DNA of 64,000 nucleotides from Candidatus Undinarchaeota archaeon (GTDB lineage Archaea; SpSt-1190; JASMDC01): NCBI GenBank assembly GCA_964519305.1, contig CAZFHY010000019.1, positions 1 to 64,000 of the forward strand, read 5' to 3'. Shown piece by piece: positions 7,418 to 17,034 of this stretch (position 1 is its first letter; each line of letters starts with the position of its first letter). The notes under the pieces were generated by a model. It saw only the letters and a program-made list of their open reading frames with translations, ran no database searches and was not told where the DNA came from. The position numbers and the translations under genes were made by a program.

Positions 7418-10249
7418 GTGCGCGATGTGCTCAGGACCGGACGTGCGACAGTAGCACTAATTGTCTTGCTGATAGCTCTCGCTCATGCTGGAACCCCTGT
7501 CGCGTCCGCGGTCACGGAGGACGTGGACATCTCATCGCTGGCGGTCCAGAAGGCGGACGTGGTATTCTCACTGCCTCCCGAGGACGCCGCAGCCCTCGAT
7601 GATGCGGACCTCGCGGCCAGGTGCATCACAGCAGTGCCATCGCTCACCTGCCGTCCCGAGAGGGACGGTGCCTCAGGTCGCATCACGTTCGACGTGTCAG
7701 GAGGACCGGCCTTCGGGCTCGAGGAGCTCACTTGGCGCGATGGAACCGACGGTACCGATATTCGTCTCAAGCTCTCCTTCGAGTACCGCCCCGTCCAGTT
7801 CGCCATGGCCCCGGGGCTCCTGGCGGACCGGCGGACCCTTACCATCCGTTACCCGTCCCACCAGGCTATCGTGGATGACCTGCGGGACATGCCCACCTTC
7901 TCGACCTTCATCCTGTCCGGCCCCGAGGGGATGCTCGACCTGCCCGACGAAGTAGAGGCGCGGGCACGGGACCTCGTCATCGGCGATGCTCTCCTTATCC
8001 CACAGCTCCTGGGCGACCTGTGCATCGCTGCAGTAGTTCGCGAAGGCGAGTCCCGGCCATTACTGAGCGCTCTCTCGTCGGGATGTGCGCCCTTCCCCCT
8101 CACCACGACAGGGCTGATCACGGGCGATGATGTCGAGCTGATCGTGGTATCGGCCCGGACCGGCGGTGACGATATCGAGCTCACCTCGTCACGTGTCCCC
8201 CTCTCCCTCGAACAGCCGGACATCGTGGTAGCGGTTCGACCGGACGGTGATGTCGTGACCGCGCCCGCTTTCGACGTTGACGTTCGTGTCGACGGCCCCG
8301 TGGACGCGTGCGAGGTCTCGCTGGTGGACCTTGAAGGGAACAGGAGGGAGCACCTCTCGCTCACCACTTGCGGCAGGGTCAGGCTGAGCACAGCGAAGCT
8401 CGAACCGGGGCGCTACCTGGTACGCGCCAGGGCCACGCGCGGAGAGCTCGAAGGGATAGGCACAGCTGTTGTGACCTTCGTCGCCACCCGGACCGAGGGA
8501 GTAGTGTTCACGACCGACAAGGACGTGTACGCGGCAGGCGAAACCGTGTCGGTGTACCCCGAGAGGGAGGGGGACGTCTGTGAGGTGACTATCTCGGACA
8601 TGGAGGGTGGCACCGTCACACGGACGAGCGCTGGCGGCTGCGCACCGGCCCAGCTCGCACTGGACGAGGCGCTCGAGCCCGGTACATACGAAGTGCGCAC
8701 CGAGCTGTTCCAGGGAGGTGCAGTGGTGGCCACCGGTGTCAAGACCGTGGAGGTCGTAGACTGGCAGCCGCGACGGGGCAGCGTCCACTCCACCCTGTGC
8801 TTCGGCGGTTCACTGCCCGTCCTCGACACCAGCATCCCGTGCATCGGACCGCGTATGATGTGTCATCCGACCTCCGAATCCATCCCGCTCTGTCTGTGCT
8901 TCGATGCTGACGGACGCCCCCGTGACGTGTGCGAATACCGCGATACATGTGTCCCGGACCAGGGTGCCGACGCCAGCGTCTGCAAGCGTCCCCCGTCGAC
9001 GATGTCCCCCTTCACCGTGATCCGTTCCCGTGGTAGGTGCGTGGCGAAGCGCGGTCTGGAGACGCTCTCCTGCGTCGAGGTGGGCGAACTGTGCACGGGC
9101 ACGTGCGTGTGTCTGGACCCGTCGGACCGTGCACTATCTCCCTGCACCGCGGGACAGGCATGCACGCTGACAGGCTGCCGCGATCCGGCTTTCGTGTTCG
9201 AGGTCAAGGGATTCGACCCCATCCATGTGCGCACCGGAGCGGTGGCTGAGGAGATACGGCTCACATGGAAGGGGATCGTGAAGGTGGGCGAACGTCTCGA
9301 TGACAGACGCGTGCGCGAGGGATTGACCGCGTCCGCTTTCCTGGGCGGCACCGGTGGTACCGCGCCCGAGACTTCGTTCGACGCAGCACGGAACGAGTGG
9401 ACCTTCACCTCTGGCTTCACGCACCACCTCGAGCCCGGGCGGTACGACGCCTTCCTCATGTTGAGCGTGGGGGATGACATGCTCCTTGTGCGCAGGCCCT
9501 TCGAGGTGTGGTACCCGCTGGAGAAGAGCGAGCTCGATATGGAGGTCGTGTCCGCGAAACCACGTCGCCTCTCCCTATCGGACGTGGAGCAGGGAGCGAC
9601 CGTCCAGCTGAACGTGCGCATATCCGATGGTTCTGGGAGCCCAGTGCCCTTCGTGCCCGCGTCGGCCATGACCGTGACCGTGGGCGACGAGGGGAGCGGG
9701 GTGCGCGCGGACGTGACCTCTGCCGGGTACGACCGCCACACCGGCCTCTGGACCGTGGTTGTGTACCTCCGGGGCGTTTCGACCATGTCCGATCACCTCA
9801 CCCTGTCTGTGGGCCACCTCGGCCGGACAGGCCAGGCACGGACCCGGCTCGATATACTCGAGCGCATCCCCCTCTCGATGGACATAATCCGGGTGGAACC
9901 GGGGACGCAGGAGGACCCGTTGTTCCTGCTCCTGGCAGGCCTCGGGTTCGACATGGACGTGCTCATGGACCTGGAGGGCGGTGACCGGATATCCGCCGAC
10001 AGCTTCACCGTCATGGTGGGCGACCACGACGTGAGCGAGGCGGTCTCCTACGTCTACAGGACGAGCGTCGGCGTCCGACTCCACCTGTCCAGTGCCCGCC
10101 TCTGCCCCACGCCCGACCGGCCCATGCCACTTGACGTTGTGGTGACCGTCCGGGACGCGGCCACCGGTGAGGAAGCGTCCGCCACGTCACGCATAAGGCT
10201 CTCCGGGAATCCCGGTAACTGGCGGTCGCTGGAGGGGGTGAGCTGCTGA
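7418..10249 (+). CDS. Secreted 943-aa beta-rich (Ig-like) protein with a central Cys-rich region
   Basis: Signal peptide (ALIVLLIALAHA); repeated LEPGxY Ig-like strands and a TDKDVY macroglobulin-like motif; duplicated Cys block; starts 3 nt after the upstream stop. Confidence 0.8.
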   Translation: MRDVLRTGRATVALIVLLIALAHAGTPVASAVTEDVDISSLAVQKADVVFSLPPEDAAALDDADLAARCITAVPSLTCRPERDGASGRITFDVSGGPAFGLEELTWRDGTDGTDIRLKLSFEYRPVQFAMAPGLLADRRTLTIRYPSHQAIVDDLRDMPTFSTFILSGPEGMLDLPDEVEARARDLVIGDALLIPQLLGDLCIAAVVREGESRPLLSALSSGCAPFPLTTTGLITGDDVELIVVSARTGGDDIELTSSRVPLSLEQPDIVVAVRPDGDVVTAPAFDVDVRVDGPVDACEVSLVDLEGNRREHLSLTTCGRVRLSTAKLEPGRYLVRARATRGELEGIGTAVVTFVATRTEGVVFTTDKDVYAAGETVSVYPEREGDVCEVTISDMEGGTVTRTSAGGCAPAQLALDEALEPGTYEVRTELFQGGAVVATGVKTVEVVDWQPRRGSVHSTLCFGGSLPVLDTSIPCIGPRMMCHPTSESIPLCLCFDADGRPRDVCEYRDTCVPDQGADASVCKRPPSTMSPFTVIRSRGRCVAKRGLETLSCVEVGELCTGTCVCLDPSDRALSPCTAGQACTLTGCRDPAFVFEVKGFDPIHVRTGAVAEEIRLTWKGIVKVGERLDDRRVREGLTASAFLGGTGGTAPETSFDAARNEWTFTSGFTHHLEPGRYDAFLMLSVGDDMLLVRRPFEVWYPLEKSELDMEVVSAKPRRLSLSDVEQGATVQLNVRISDGSGSPVPFVPASAMTVTVGDEGSGVRADVTSAGYDRHTGLWTVVVYLRGVSTMSDHLTLSVGHLGRTGQARTRLDILERIPLSMDIIRVEPGTQEDPLFLLLAGLGFDMDVLMDLEGGDRISADSFTVMVGDHDVSEAVSYVYRTSVGVRLHLSSARLCPTPDRPMPLDVVVTVRDAATGEEASATSRIRLSGNPGNWRSLEGVSC

Positions 10250-12084
10250 TGCGCTCGCGTCCGTGGACGGGTATCGGCCGGCGACGGGGCCAGGTCAGTC
10301 ATATCGCACTACTCGGCATTTCCCTGGCCGTGCTGATCATCGTGTTCCTCTTCCTCCGCTGGGGACGGGCGGAGCGCGAGGCGCGGACCATCGCCAGGGC
10401 AGGGATCGCGGCCGTTGACGATGCACGGGACCTCGCCGAGATAGTGGAGAGCGCCCTGCGCGATGCTGTGGAGGAGGCTACCTACGAGCTCGGCCGCCAT
10501 GGTGGCTATACATCTGCGACCCTCCCGGGACCCGCGGTCGGTGAGCGTCCCGTGTTCTTCCTAGGTGGACGGATGATACTCTTCCCATCGGTGCGGGTCA
10601 TGGAACAGCTGCTGGGCCAGGAGGCGACACGACGGTTCGGGGCACGGCTCGATGGCGTGCGCGCGGAGGCGAACGGTACCATCTCGTTCGGCGCTCCACT
10701 GGTAACTGTCAAGCTCAATGAGAACTCGGTGGAGGCGTCGCTGGAGCTGACCTACACACTGGACGCCGAGGGGGGGACCACGCGCTCCGTGGAGGATATG
10801 AACGTCATCCTCGATCTCAGGCTGCAGGCCCTCTGGTCGCGGGCGAAGGCCTATCTCGAGGCCTATGCGCGGGAGCGTTACATGGAACGGGCACTGCTGT
10901 CAGGCATCATCAACGACGAGCGCATCCCGAGCCCGCCGGGAGGTCCGGGAGAGACCATGTCGTGCAGGAAGCGAAAGGTCCTGGCGACCTCGGGCGGGAT
11001 GGCTGAACCCTTCTCGGAGAACGCCCGGCTCTCCGTGGCCCGCGAGCTCCAGCGGATACGAGAGGCGGCCGTCGACGAACGAGAGATCGAGTGGTCCATG
11101 CGCCTGGCCTCGGAACGTGTCAACATGACCTTCCTGGCCAATCCCGGTACACCCCTGAAGAGCAATGAATCCATCGAGTACATAGCCGTTCCCATCCCCT
11201 TCATCGACCGACGTGGCGACGTCGATCCCATGTGTCTCAGTCGCTATAACGTGAGCTATACCGCACGGTACCCTGTGATGATGACCGTGCGCGACCTCCG
11301 ACCGGCGGCAAGGGGCGCCCGGACCGGAGGGAGACCGCTGGAGTTCGTGTTCGTGCTCGAACCATTCCTGGCGGGCGTCGATCCCTTCGCCCGGCTCGGT
11401 GAGATATTCCCGCCCTCAGTGGATGACCTGTGCACACCCCACGGACAGTGCGAGATGGAGCTTGCGGTCACCGGGCCGAACGACGTGCCCGTGGACGGTC
11501 GGGCGTGGCTGGACACGTGCGTGTACGGTTTCGAGAAGGGCAAGCTCGAACGGACACCGGTCCCCTGCGGAGAGCGGACCCTCATCGTCGAGGCATTGCT
11601 CCCGCCCGGTCTCGGTCGCTATGTCGAGCGCGTGGACGTGGACGGGCTCCTATCTCGCCGCATCCAGCTAGGCGCACGTGGAAGGGTTCACGGCCGTGTG
11701 TACGTCAACGACCGTGTATGGTGCCCCGATTCGAAACGGGTGAAGGCCGAGGGCGAGCGCTCTCTCGGATTCGTTGAGGGAGTCCCACCACGCGCCGTCC
11801 ACCTCCATCTCGTCCCCCTGGACGGGACCTTGGCGCTCGAGCTGTCCGCGGTCGCTGACGAGGAGGCAAGGTACACCTTCCCCGAGGTGGACGCCGGTTC
11901 GTACATGCTGCTGGCCCTCCCCTCCACCGATGCCGCTAACAGGCCGGCGTACAAGGTACGCTCCCGTGGCCAGGTCGTGACCGTCGGGGCCGGTGACCTC
12001 GAGGTGCCCGTTGAGATGTACCCTCTCATCCCGGTCCACACGAGCAGGGGCTACGAGTACGTCACTCGGGTCGAGGACTGCTGA
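10249..12084 (+). CDS. Large type IV pilin-like protein with a class III signal peptide
   Basis: RRRG|QVSHIALLGISLAVLIIVFLFL fits an archaeal class III (PibD/EppA-type) signal; EATYELGRHGGY motif; C-terminal carboxypeptidase-regulatory-like beta domain; TGATG overlap with the upstream gene. Confidence 0.75.
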   Translation: MRSRPWTGIGRRRGQVSHIALLGISLAVLIIVFLFLRWGRAEREARTIARAGIAAVDDARDLAEIVESALRDAVEEATYELGRHGGYTSATLPGPAVGERPVFFLGGRMILFPSVRVMEQLLGQEATRRFGARLDGVRAEANGTISFGAPLVTVKLNENSVEASLELTYTLDAEGGTTRSVEDMNVILDLRLQALWSRAKAYLEAYARERYMERALLSGIINDERIPSPPGGPGETMSCRKRKVLATSGGMAEPFSENARLSVARELQRIREAAVDEREIEWSMRLASERVNMTFLANPGTPLKSNESIEYIAVPIPFIDRRGDVDPMCLSRYNVSYTARYPVMMTVRDLRPAARGARTGGRPLEFVFVLEPFLAGVDPFARLGEIFPPSVDDLCTPHGQCEMELAVTGPNDVPVDGRAWLDTCVYGFEKGKLERTPVPCGERTLIVEALLPPGLGRYVERVDVDGLLSRRIQLGARGRVHGRVYVNDRVWCPDSKRVKAEGERSLGFVEGVPPRAVHLHLVPLDGTLALELSAVADEEARYTFPEVDAGSYMLLALPSTDAANRPAYKVRSRGQVVTVGAGDLEVPVEMYPLIPVHTSRGYEYVTRVEDC

Positions 12085-12090
12085 GCAGGC

Positions 12091-13398
12091 TCACAGCGCG
12101 AACCGTTCTGTGACCACCTGAACGTCAGGTACACCGAGCTCGGCCAGCGTCGTCCTGAGCGCGTCCATCATTGGCGGTGGACCGCAGATGAAGTAGGTTG
12201 CGGTTGTAAGCTCCTCGACCTCGTCCTTAAGGACGGTGACGTCGACAAAGCCGTTGCGCATCCCCTCGACCTTCTCCTGGGATAGGATGTGGACCACGCG
12301 CAGCCAGTCGGAACCACGCTCGATGGCGGCCAGTTCCCCGAGGAAGGCGATGTCGCCCTGGCTCCGGTTGGCGTAGAGCAGCAGAGTCCGCGGTTGTGTC
12401 CTCCCTTGCTCCTGCATGGCGCGTAGCATGCTCATCAGGGGCGTGATGCCGATACCACCGGCGATGAGAACGAACGGGCCGGGCATGTCCTTGTTGGAGA
12501 ACACACCGTAGGGGCCTTCGACATGGGCCGTGTCCCGTCTCCCGACCTTGCCGAGAAGGCTGGTGAAGTCGCCCGACTCCTTGATCGAGAACGAGATGGC
12601 GTCAGCGCCCGGGGCAGAGGCGATGGTGAAGGGGTGCTCCTCCACAGGGATGTCCTCGGACGTGAACGTGAGGAAGGCGAACTGTCCCGGTTCGTGGTCG
12701 AGGACGGCACTCTCCACCGGCCGGAGGGTGATAGTGTGGACGTCATGGGTCTCGAGCTTGTTGGTGACCACCTCATACTCACTGCCCGTAAACGTCATGC
12801 GCCGGACCACGTACCGGTACACTACCGCTCCAACGGACACCGCGGTCAAGAGCAGCCACCATGTGTAGAGTGGGCGTCCGTTCTTGATGTCTGAACCGAG
12901 GACGAGGCTATGGTAGAGCCCGATTGCGGCCAGGAGATAGGTGAGGAGATGGACGATGCGCCAGCGCTCGTACAAGAGCCCCAGCTGCTTGCGCTTGAGC
13001 ACGCTGATCCAGATGATGCCTATGACCACGGCACCGATAACACCGCCCAGGATGTCGGTGCCGTACATGGTGTAAGGGGCTGTGATATCCCCCTTCAGGA
13101 GCTCCCTGATGAAGAGGAGAAGGGGGTGGACGATGACGAACAGCGCGATGAGCTTGGCGTTCACAGAATGCCAGCGCATGATGCGGTCGAGACCGATGCC
13201 CCGTTCCAGAGAACGCCAGCGGGAGGCCAGCACGAGCTGGATGGCGATGGCGGTGAGGGCAAGTGTGCCCGCTGCCTGCCCGAGGCTGTAGACGGATGGA
13301 GGAGCGGGCTGGGGCAGCACGGTAATGACCACCCCCGCTATCATGAGGCACACATAGAGCAGCTTGAGCGTGGCCGCCTTGTGATCGTCACGGAGCAT
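12091..13398 (-). CDS. Ferric reductase-like transmembrane oxidoreductase with FAD- and NAD-binding domains
   Basis: Six TM helices with heme His pairs (RWHS..VHP, IVHL..YHS); HPFT FAD motif; AGGIGITP and CGP NAD-binding motifs. Confidence 0.9.
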   Translation of the reverse strand: MLRDDHKAATLKLLYVCLMIAGVVITVLPQPAPPSVYSLGQAAGTLALTAIAIQLVLASRWRSLERGIGLDRIMRWHSVNAKLIALFVIVHPLLLFIRELLKGDITAPYTMYGTDILGGVIGAVVIGIIWISVLKRKQLGLLYERWRIVHLLTYLLAAIGLYHSLVLGSDIKNGRPLYTWWLLLTAVSVGAVVYRYVVRRMTFTGSEYEVVTNKLETHDVHTITLRPVESAVLDHEPGQFAFLTFTSEDIPVEEHPFTIASAPGADAISFSIKESGDFTSLLGKVGRRDTAHVEGPYGVFSNKDMPGPFVLIAGGIGITPLMSMLRAMQEQGRTQPRTLLLYANRSQGDIAFLGELAAIERGSDWLRVVHILSQEKVEGMRNGFVDVTVLKDEVEELTTATYFICGPPPMMDALRTTLAELGVPDVQVVTERFAL

Positions 13399-13450
13399 GT
13401 ATAGGTCGAGGACATGAAAGCTCATATATCTGAGCAGCGTGTCAGGGCCC

Positions 13451-13864
13451 ATGGAGCCTGTCGTACGCCCTTTCAGAGAAGAGGACATCCCTCATCTGGT
13501 TGAGGTTCTCAAGCTCAATGGACAGTACGACTACCCTGAGGTGGATGGGCCTGAGGCCATGAGGCGAGTGGCTGCGTGCGAGGCCGCCATATTCCTGGTG
13601 GCCGAGGCCGACGGTCGGCCCTGTGGGCTCCTCCGGGCGGTGGACGACGGATCCCGGGCACTCATCCACTTGCTTTCAATCCATCCCGAAGACCAGGGCA
13701 AAGGTATAGGGAGCGCACTCGTGGACGCGGCCGTGGCCGGACTACGGGAAGGGGGCACGCCTACGGTCAGCGTCACGGTCAGCGAGAAGAGTGCTGGATT
13801 CTGGGAGAAACAGGATTTCATGCTCCTGCCCGTGTCCCTCATGCTCAGGGAGCTGAAAGGATGA
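13451..13864 (+). CDS. GNAT family N-acetyltransferase
   Basis: Acetyl-CoA motif IHPEDQGKGIGSALV and AGFWEKQDF. Confidence 0.88.
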   Translation: MEPVVRPFREEDIPHLVEVLKLNGQYDYPEVDGPEAMRRVAACEAAIFLVAEADGRPCGLLRAVDDGSRALIHLLSIHPEDQGKGIGSALVDAAVAGLREGGTPTVSVTVSEKSAGFWEKQDFMLLPVSLMLRELKG

Positions 13865-14328
13865 GGCGTGCCGACCGTGAGGTCACTGACGAGAGCGAGC
13901 TCGTGTCCATCCTTGAACGCGCGACGGTATGTCGGCTCGGGATGTGCGCGGACGGTGAACCGTACGTGGTCCCTCTGAACTTCGCTCACGTCGATGGCCG
14001 CCTCTACTTCCATTCCGCGACCGAGGGGAAGAAGCTCGATATAATCCGGAGGAACAAGAAGGTCTGCTTCGAGGTGGACGTGGACACCGAGGTGGTCCCC
14101 GCCCCGAGCCCGTGCGGGTGGGGGATGCGATACACGAGCGTCATCGGGTCCGGGGCAGCATCAATCATCGAAGATCCTGACGAGAAACGCTCGGCGCTCG
14201 ATGCTATCATGGCACATTATGGCGGTCATGGGGCCGATTACCCCGAGCCCATGCTCCGCAAGGTCGCGATCATCAGGGTGGACATCGAGCGTATGACGGG
14301 AAAAAGGTCAAAGGCAGAGGAACGCTAG
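13861..14328 (+). CDS. Pyridoxamine 5'-phosphate oxidase-like / NimA family flavin-binding protein
   Basis: MRRADRE start, PYVVPLNF, YFHSATEGKK, VCFEVD, YTSVIG; ATGA overlap with the GNAT gene. Confidence 0.88.
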   Translation: MRRADREVTDESELVSILERATVCRLGMCADGEPYVVPLNFAHVDGRLYFHSATEGKKLDIIRRNKKVCFEVDVDTEVVPAPSPCGWGMRYTSVIGSGAASIIEDPDEKRSALDAIMAHYGGHGADYPEPMLRKVAIIRVDIERMTGKRSKAEER

Positions 14329-15426
14329 ATGGATGATCACGCTCGACTATGGACTGTCCCGGAAATCGACCCGAAATGGTCGATGCGCTGGTACTGGTGG
14401 TTCTGGCTCGTGTTCCTGGACGATCCCATCGCCACGGACCATCCCCGCCAGCTCATGGTGCTGTGGACGCACAAGGAAACAGCGACCTTGTTCAACGACA
14501 TGCTAGTCCGGACGGAGGACGGTATCACCCGGGGGCCGGGGCGCGAATCCTTTCCCGGTGTGGTCGCTGCCTGGTACTTCGACGGAGAGCGCATGGACCC
14601 CGAGCTGACCTTCGAGCGGGGGACCATTACAGCAGAGCACGAAGGTGACGATCCTGGTAATGGACGCCTCTCCCTCGTGCCCAATGACGGTACCGAGTGT
14701 TCGTTCTCAGGACGACCGGGGGACTGGCGTGTGCGGCTCCTCAACGAGAAGGCCGACGTTGATCTGGCCATACGCCTCGACGAGCCCTCATCGTTCAATA
14801 GACCGTCCTACACCCGGAACCGGATCGTAGCAAATAGGTTCATGTACACTGCCCTGGAGCTAAATCGCTGCACGGCCGAGGGGAGCATCGACGACGAACG
14901 TGTGACGGGCACCGCGTATTTCCAGCGCATAGGTCTAAACAGTCCCATGGGACCCTGGTACTGGGGCGTGTTCCACTTTTCCGATGGCTCGGTGCTCAAG
15001 TACTTCTTCCCTCACGTTTCCACCAGCGTATTCCACCACGGTCCTGATGAGAGGTTACCATGGCATGAGAGGCGGGTGTTACCGGTAAGGCGACAGGCGG
15101 AGTTCTACCACGCACCAACGGACACCACTCACAAGTTCTCGGGCGGCACCGTGGAAAAGGGGCTGGACACTGATGGGCACCCCACATGGAAGTTGCGCGT
15201 CCATGAAGGAAAGACAAGACTCGATGTGGACCTTGCGACCTATGCTCGCGCAGTCTGGCGCTTTCGCCCCCAGCGGGCACGCACTCCGCTCAACGACATG
15301 TACTACAACGAGTACCCCACCCGCGTCACCGCTTTCTCTCTCAACGGACCAGATGGTCGGCTCACCCTGGACGACATCGGACCCGGGATAGGTAACACGG
15401 AGCACAACTGGGGCGGGCTGGTGTAA
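14329..15426 (+). CDS. Conserved hypothetical protein, possibly tocopherol cyclase/AttH-like beta fold
   Basis: 365 aa, coupled to the upstream stop; aromatic motifs WYWWFW, GTAYFQR, PWYWG, YYNEYP, GNTEHNWG. Confidence 0.6.
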   Translation: MDDHARLWTVPEIDPKWSMRWYWWFWLVFLDDPIATDHPRQLMVLWTHKETATLFNDMLVRTEDGITRGPGRESFPGVVAAWYFDGERMDPELTFERGTITAEHEGDDPGNGRLSLVPNDGTECSFSGRPGDWRVRLLNEKADVDLAIRLDEPSSFNRPSYTRNRIVANRFMYTALELNRCTAEGSIDDERVTGTAYFQRIGLNSPMGPWYWGVFHFSDGSVLKYFFPHVSTSVFHHGPDERLPWHERRVLPVRRQAEFYHAPTDTTHKFSGGTVEKGLDTDGHPTWKLRVHEGKTRLDVDLATYARAVWRFRPQRARTPLNDMYYNEYPTRVTAFSLNGPDGRLTLDDIGPGIGNTEHNWGGLV

Positions 15427-15483
15427 GAGTCTCACGTCCCCGGGGAAACCTTTTTATCCCACATCGGTCCCCGTCCCTTTCGG

Positions 15484-15912
15484 ATGGTGCTACGTATGCC
15501 CGCTTGGTTCACTTTTGCCCTGATAGCCATGCTACTTTGGGGGTTGTGGGGGATATTCCCCAAGCTCGCTACCAACCACATAGACCCGAGGAGCGTCCTT
15601 GTGTTCGAGGGTGTTGGCCGGTTCGTTGTGACCCTTGTGGTCCTGGCCATGATAGGGTTCCGACCGGAAATGAAAGTTGAAGGTGTGTCGTACGCCTTTC
15701 TTGGTGGGCTGATCGGGAGCATCGGTGCCGTGTTCTTCTTCTACGCTGTCAGTCAGGGCAAGGCTTCCGTCGTCGTGACAACGACCGCGCTCTACCCGCT
15801 GATAACCATCTTGGCCTCGTACCCGCTCCTGGGCGAGGTACCGTCAACACGACAGGGTATCGGGATGGTGTTCGCGATGATCGCCCTCGTGCTGTTCTCG
15901 GTGGAGGCCTAG
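15484..15912 (+). CDS. EamA/DMT family transporter (single repeat)
   Basis: Five TM helices; WGLWGIFPK, GKASVVV, YPL and LLGE motifs. Confidence 0.85.
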   Translation: MVLRMPAWFTFALIAMLLWGLWGIFPKLATNHIDPRSVLVFEGVGRFVVTLVVLAMIGFRPEMKVEGVSYAFLGGLIGSIGAVFFFYAVSQGKASVVVTTTALYPLITILASYPLLGEVPSTRQGIGMVFAMIALVLFSVEA

Positions 15913-15921
15913 GCGTCCGGA

Positions 15922-16614
15922 TCACCAGATGCCGGGAACTAGCAGGTATGGCACCTTCCTCGTATACTCCTTGTACCCGTCAAGGTTCTCTTGGAGGAAC
16001 GCGTCCTCCTTGGCCGTGCGGAGGATGATGACGGCGATGGCGAGCATGCCCGGGACGAGAGCTATCGCAGAACCAAAGAACAGGGGGACGCCGAACAGGG
16101 CAGGAAGGCTCCCGGCGTAGCCCGGATGTCGGACGTATGAATAGGGGCCCGAGTCGATGACCTGATGGTCGCGTTCCTTCTGGATGCGGACAAAGACCTC
16201 GAAGAACCGGTTCTCGCCCATGGCCCAGGTCCCGACGGCGAACCCGATGGTGTAGAGGACGAAACCGAGCGGTGCGAGGTACGGATCGAGCAGCGTCCAT
16301 TGTGGCACCCAGGCGACAGTCCACCCGTAGCGCCCGATGTCCAATCCGACGACCAGTGGCTGTAGGCGGGCCCCGAGGAGCATGAAGAGTGGCATGAGCC
16401 ACCTGTCCCAGGGCTCGGACTCCTGACGGTTCCCGAACCGGTGGGTCACCATGCCCGGATTGTGCCGGTAGAAAAACGCCATGCTGGCGAACGTGTACAC
16501 GAACATTATGCCCAGGAACTGCCAACCTCTGAGGATGTCCGTGTGGCCGGCACCGACGAACAGGAGCGCTGCCGTCAGGCCCACCGAGAAGACGCTGATG
16601 GCAAGCATCTTCAT
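15922..16614 (-). CDS. Isoprenylcysteine carboxyl methyltransferase (Ste14/PEMT) family membrane protein
   Basis: HQVIDSGPYSYVRHPGYAG and EDAFL..GY.EY..KVPY.LVPGIW. Start uncertain (16614, 16674 or 16683). Confidence 0.85.
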   Translation of the reverse strand: MKMLAISVFSVGLTAALLFVGAGHTDILRGWQFLGIMFVYTFASMAFFYRHNPGMVTHRFGNRQESEPWDRWLMPLFMLLGARLQPLVVGLDIGRYGWTVAWVPQWTLLDPYLAPLGFVLYTIGFAVGTWAMGENRFFEVFVRIQKERDHQVIDSGPYSYVRHPGYAGSLPALFGVPLFFGSAIALVPGMLAIAVIILRTAKEDAFLQENLDGYKEYTRKVPYLLVPGIW

Positions 16615-16762
16615 CGTGGCACGGACAAGCCCTTCTTCCTTCCCTTCGTCCGAAGCACGTTCCTTCTTGCTCGTAGTAATCACCCCAGTTATGATCCCAT
16701 GGCTCGGTATCCTTATTCCACTGACTGAGCTGCAATCCCCTGTTCCAGCACCCGCTAGGTAA

Positions 16763-17023
16763 CTACTCCTCGCCGAACAAGTGCTTGAGCGGTCGGATGT
16801 AGAACACCAGCCCCAGGACGATGAACACCCACCAGTAGGGCATGATCTGGATGTGGAAGTAGGCCCCAACCGGTAGCCCGAAGCAGAACGCCGCAGCCTT
16901 TATCAGCCGGACGTCGATGAAGTCCAGCTTTGTCACCTTGTAGTCCAGCCACTCGTGCCATCCCATGTCCTTGGGGTTCTTCTTCGTGGGTTCGATCGTG
17001 TCCTTGATTTCTTCTTCAGCCAT
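16763..17023 (-). CDS. Small two-TM membrane protein, paralog A
   Basis: GGTG RBS; closely similar to the 17035-17289 product (KDMGWHEWLDxKVTKLD, FYIRPLK). Confidence 0.8.
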   Translation of the reverse strand: MAEEEIKDTIEPTKKNPKDMGWHEWLDYKVTKLDFIDVRLIKAAAFCFGLPVGAYFHIQIMPYWWVFIVLGLVFYIRPLKHLFGEE

Positions 17024-17034
17024 GATGTATCACC

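Noticed and set aside
476-12090. Hydrolase operon as a tRNA-integrated island or provirus
   Set aside because: No integrase, capsid, terminase or holin genes, and I saw no duplicated tRNA 3' end in the window. A computational repeat search including flanking sequence would be needed to exclude it fully.
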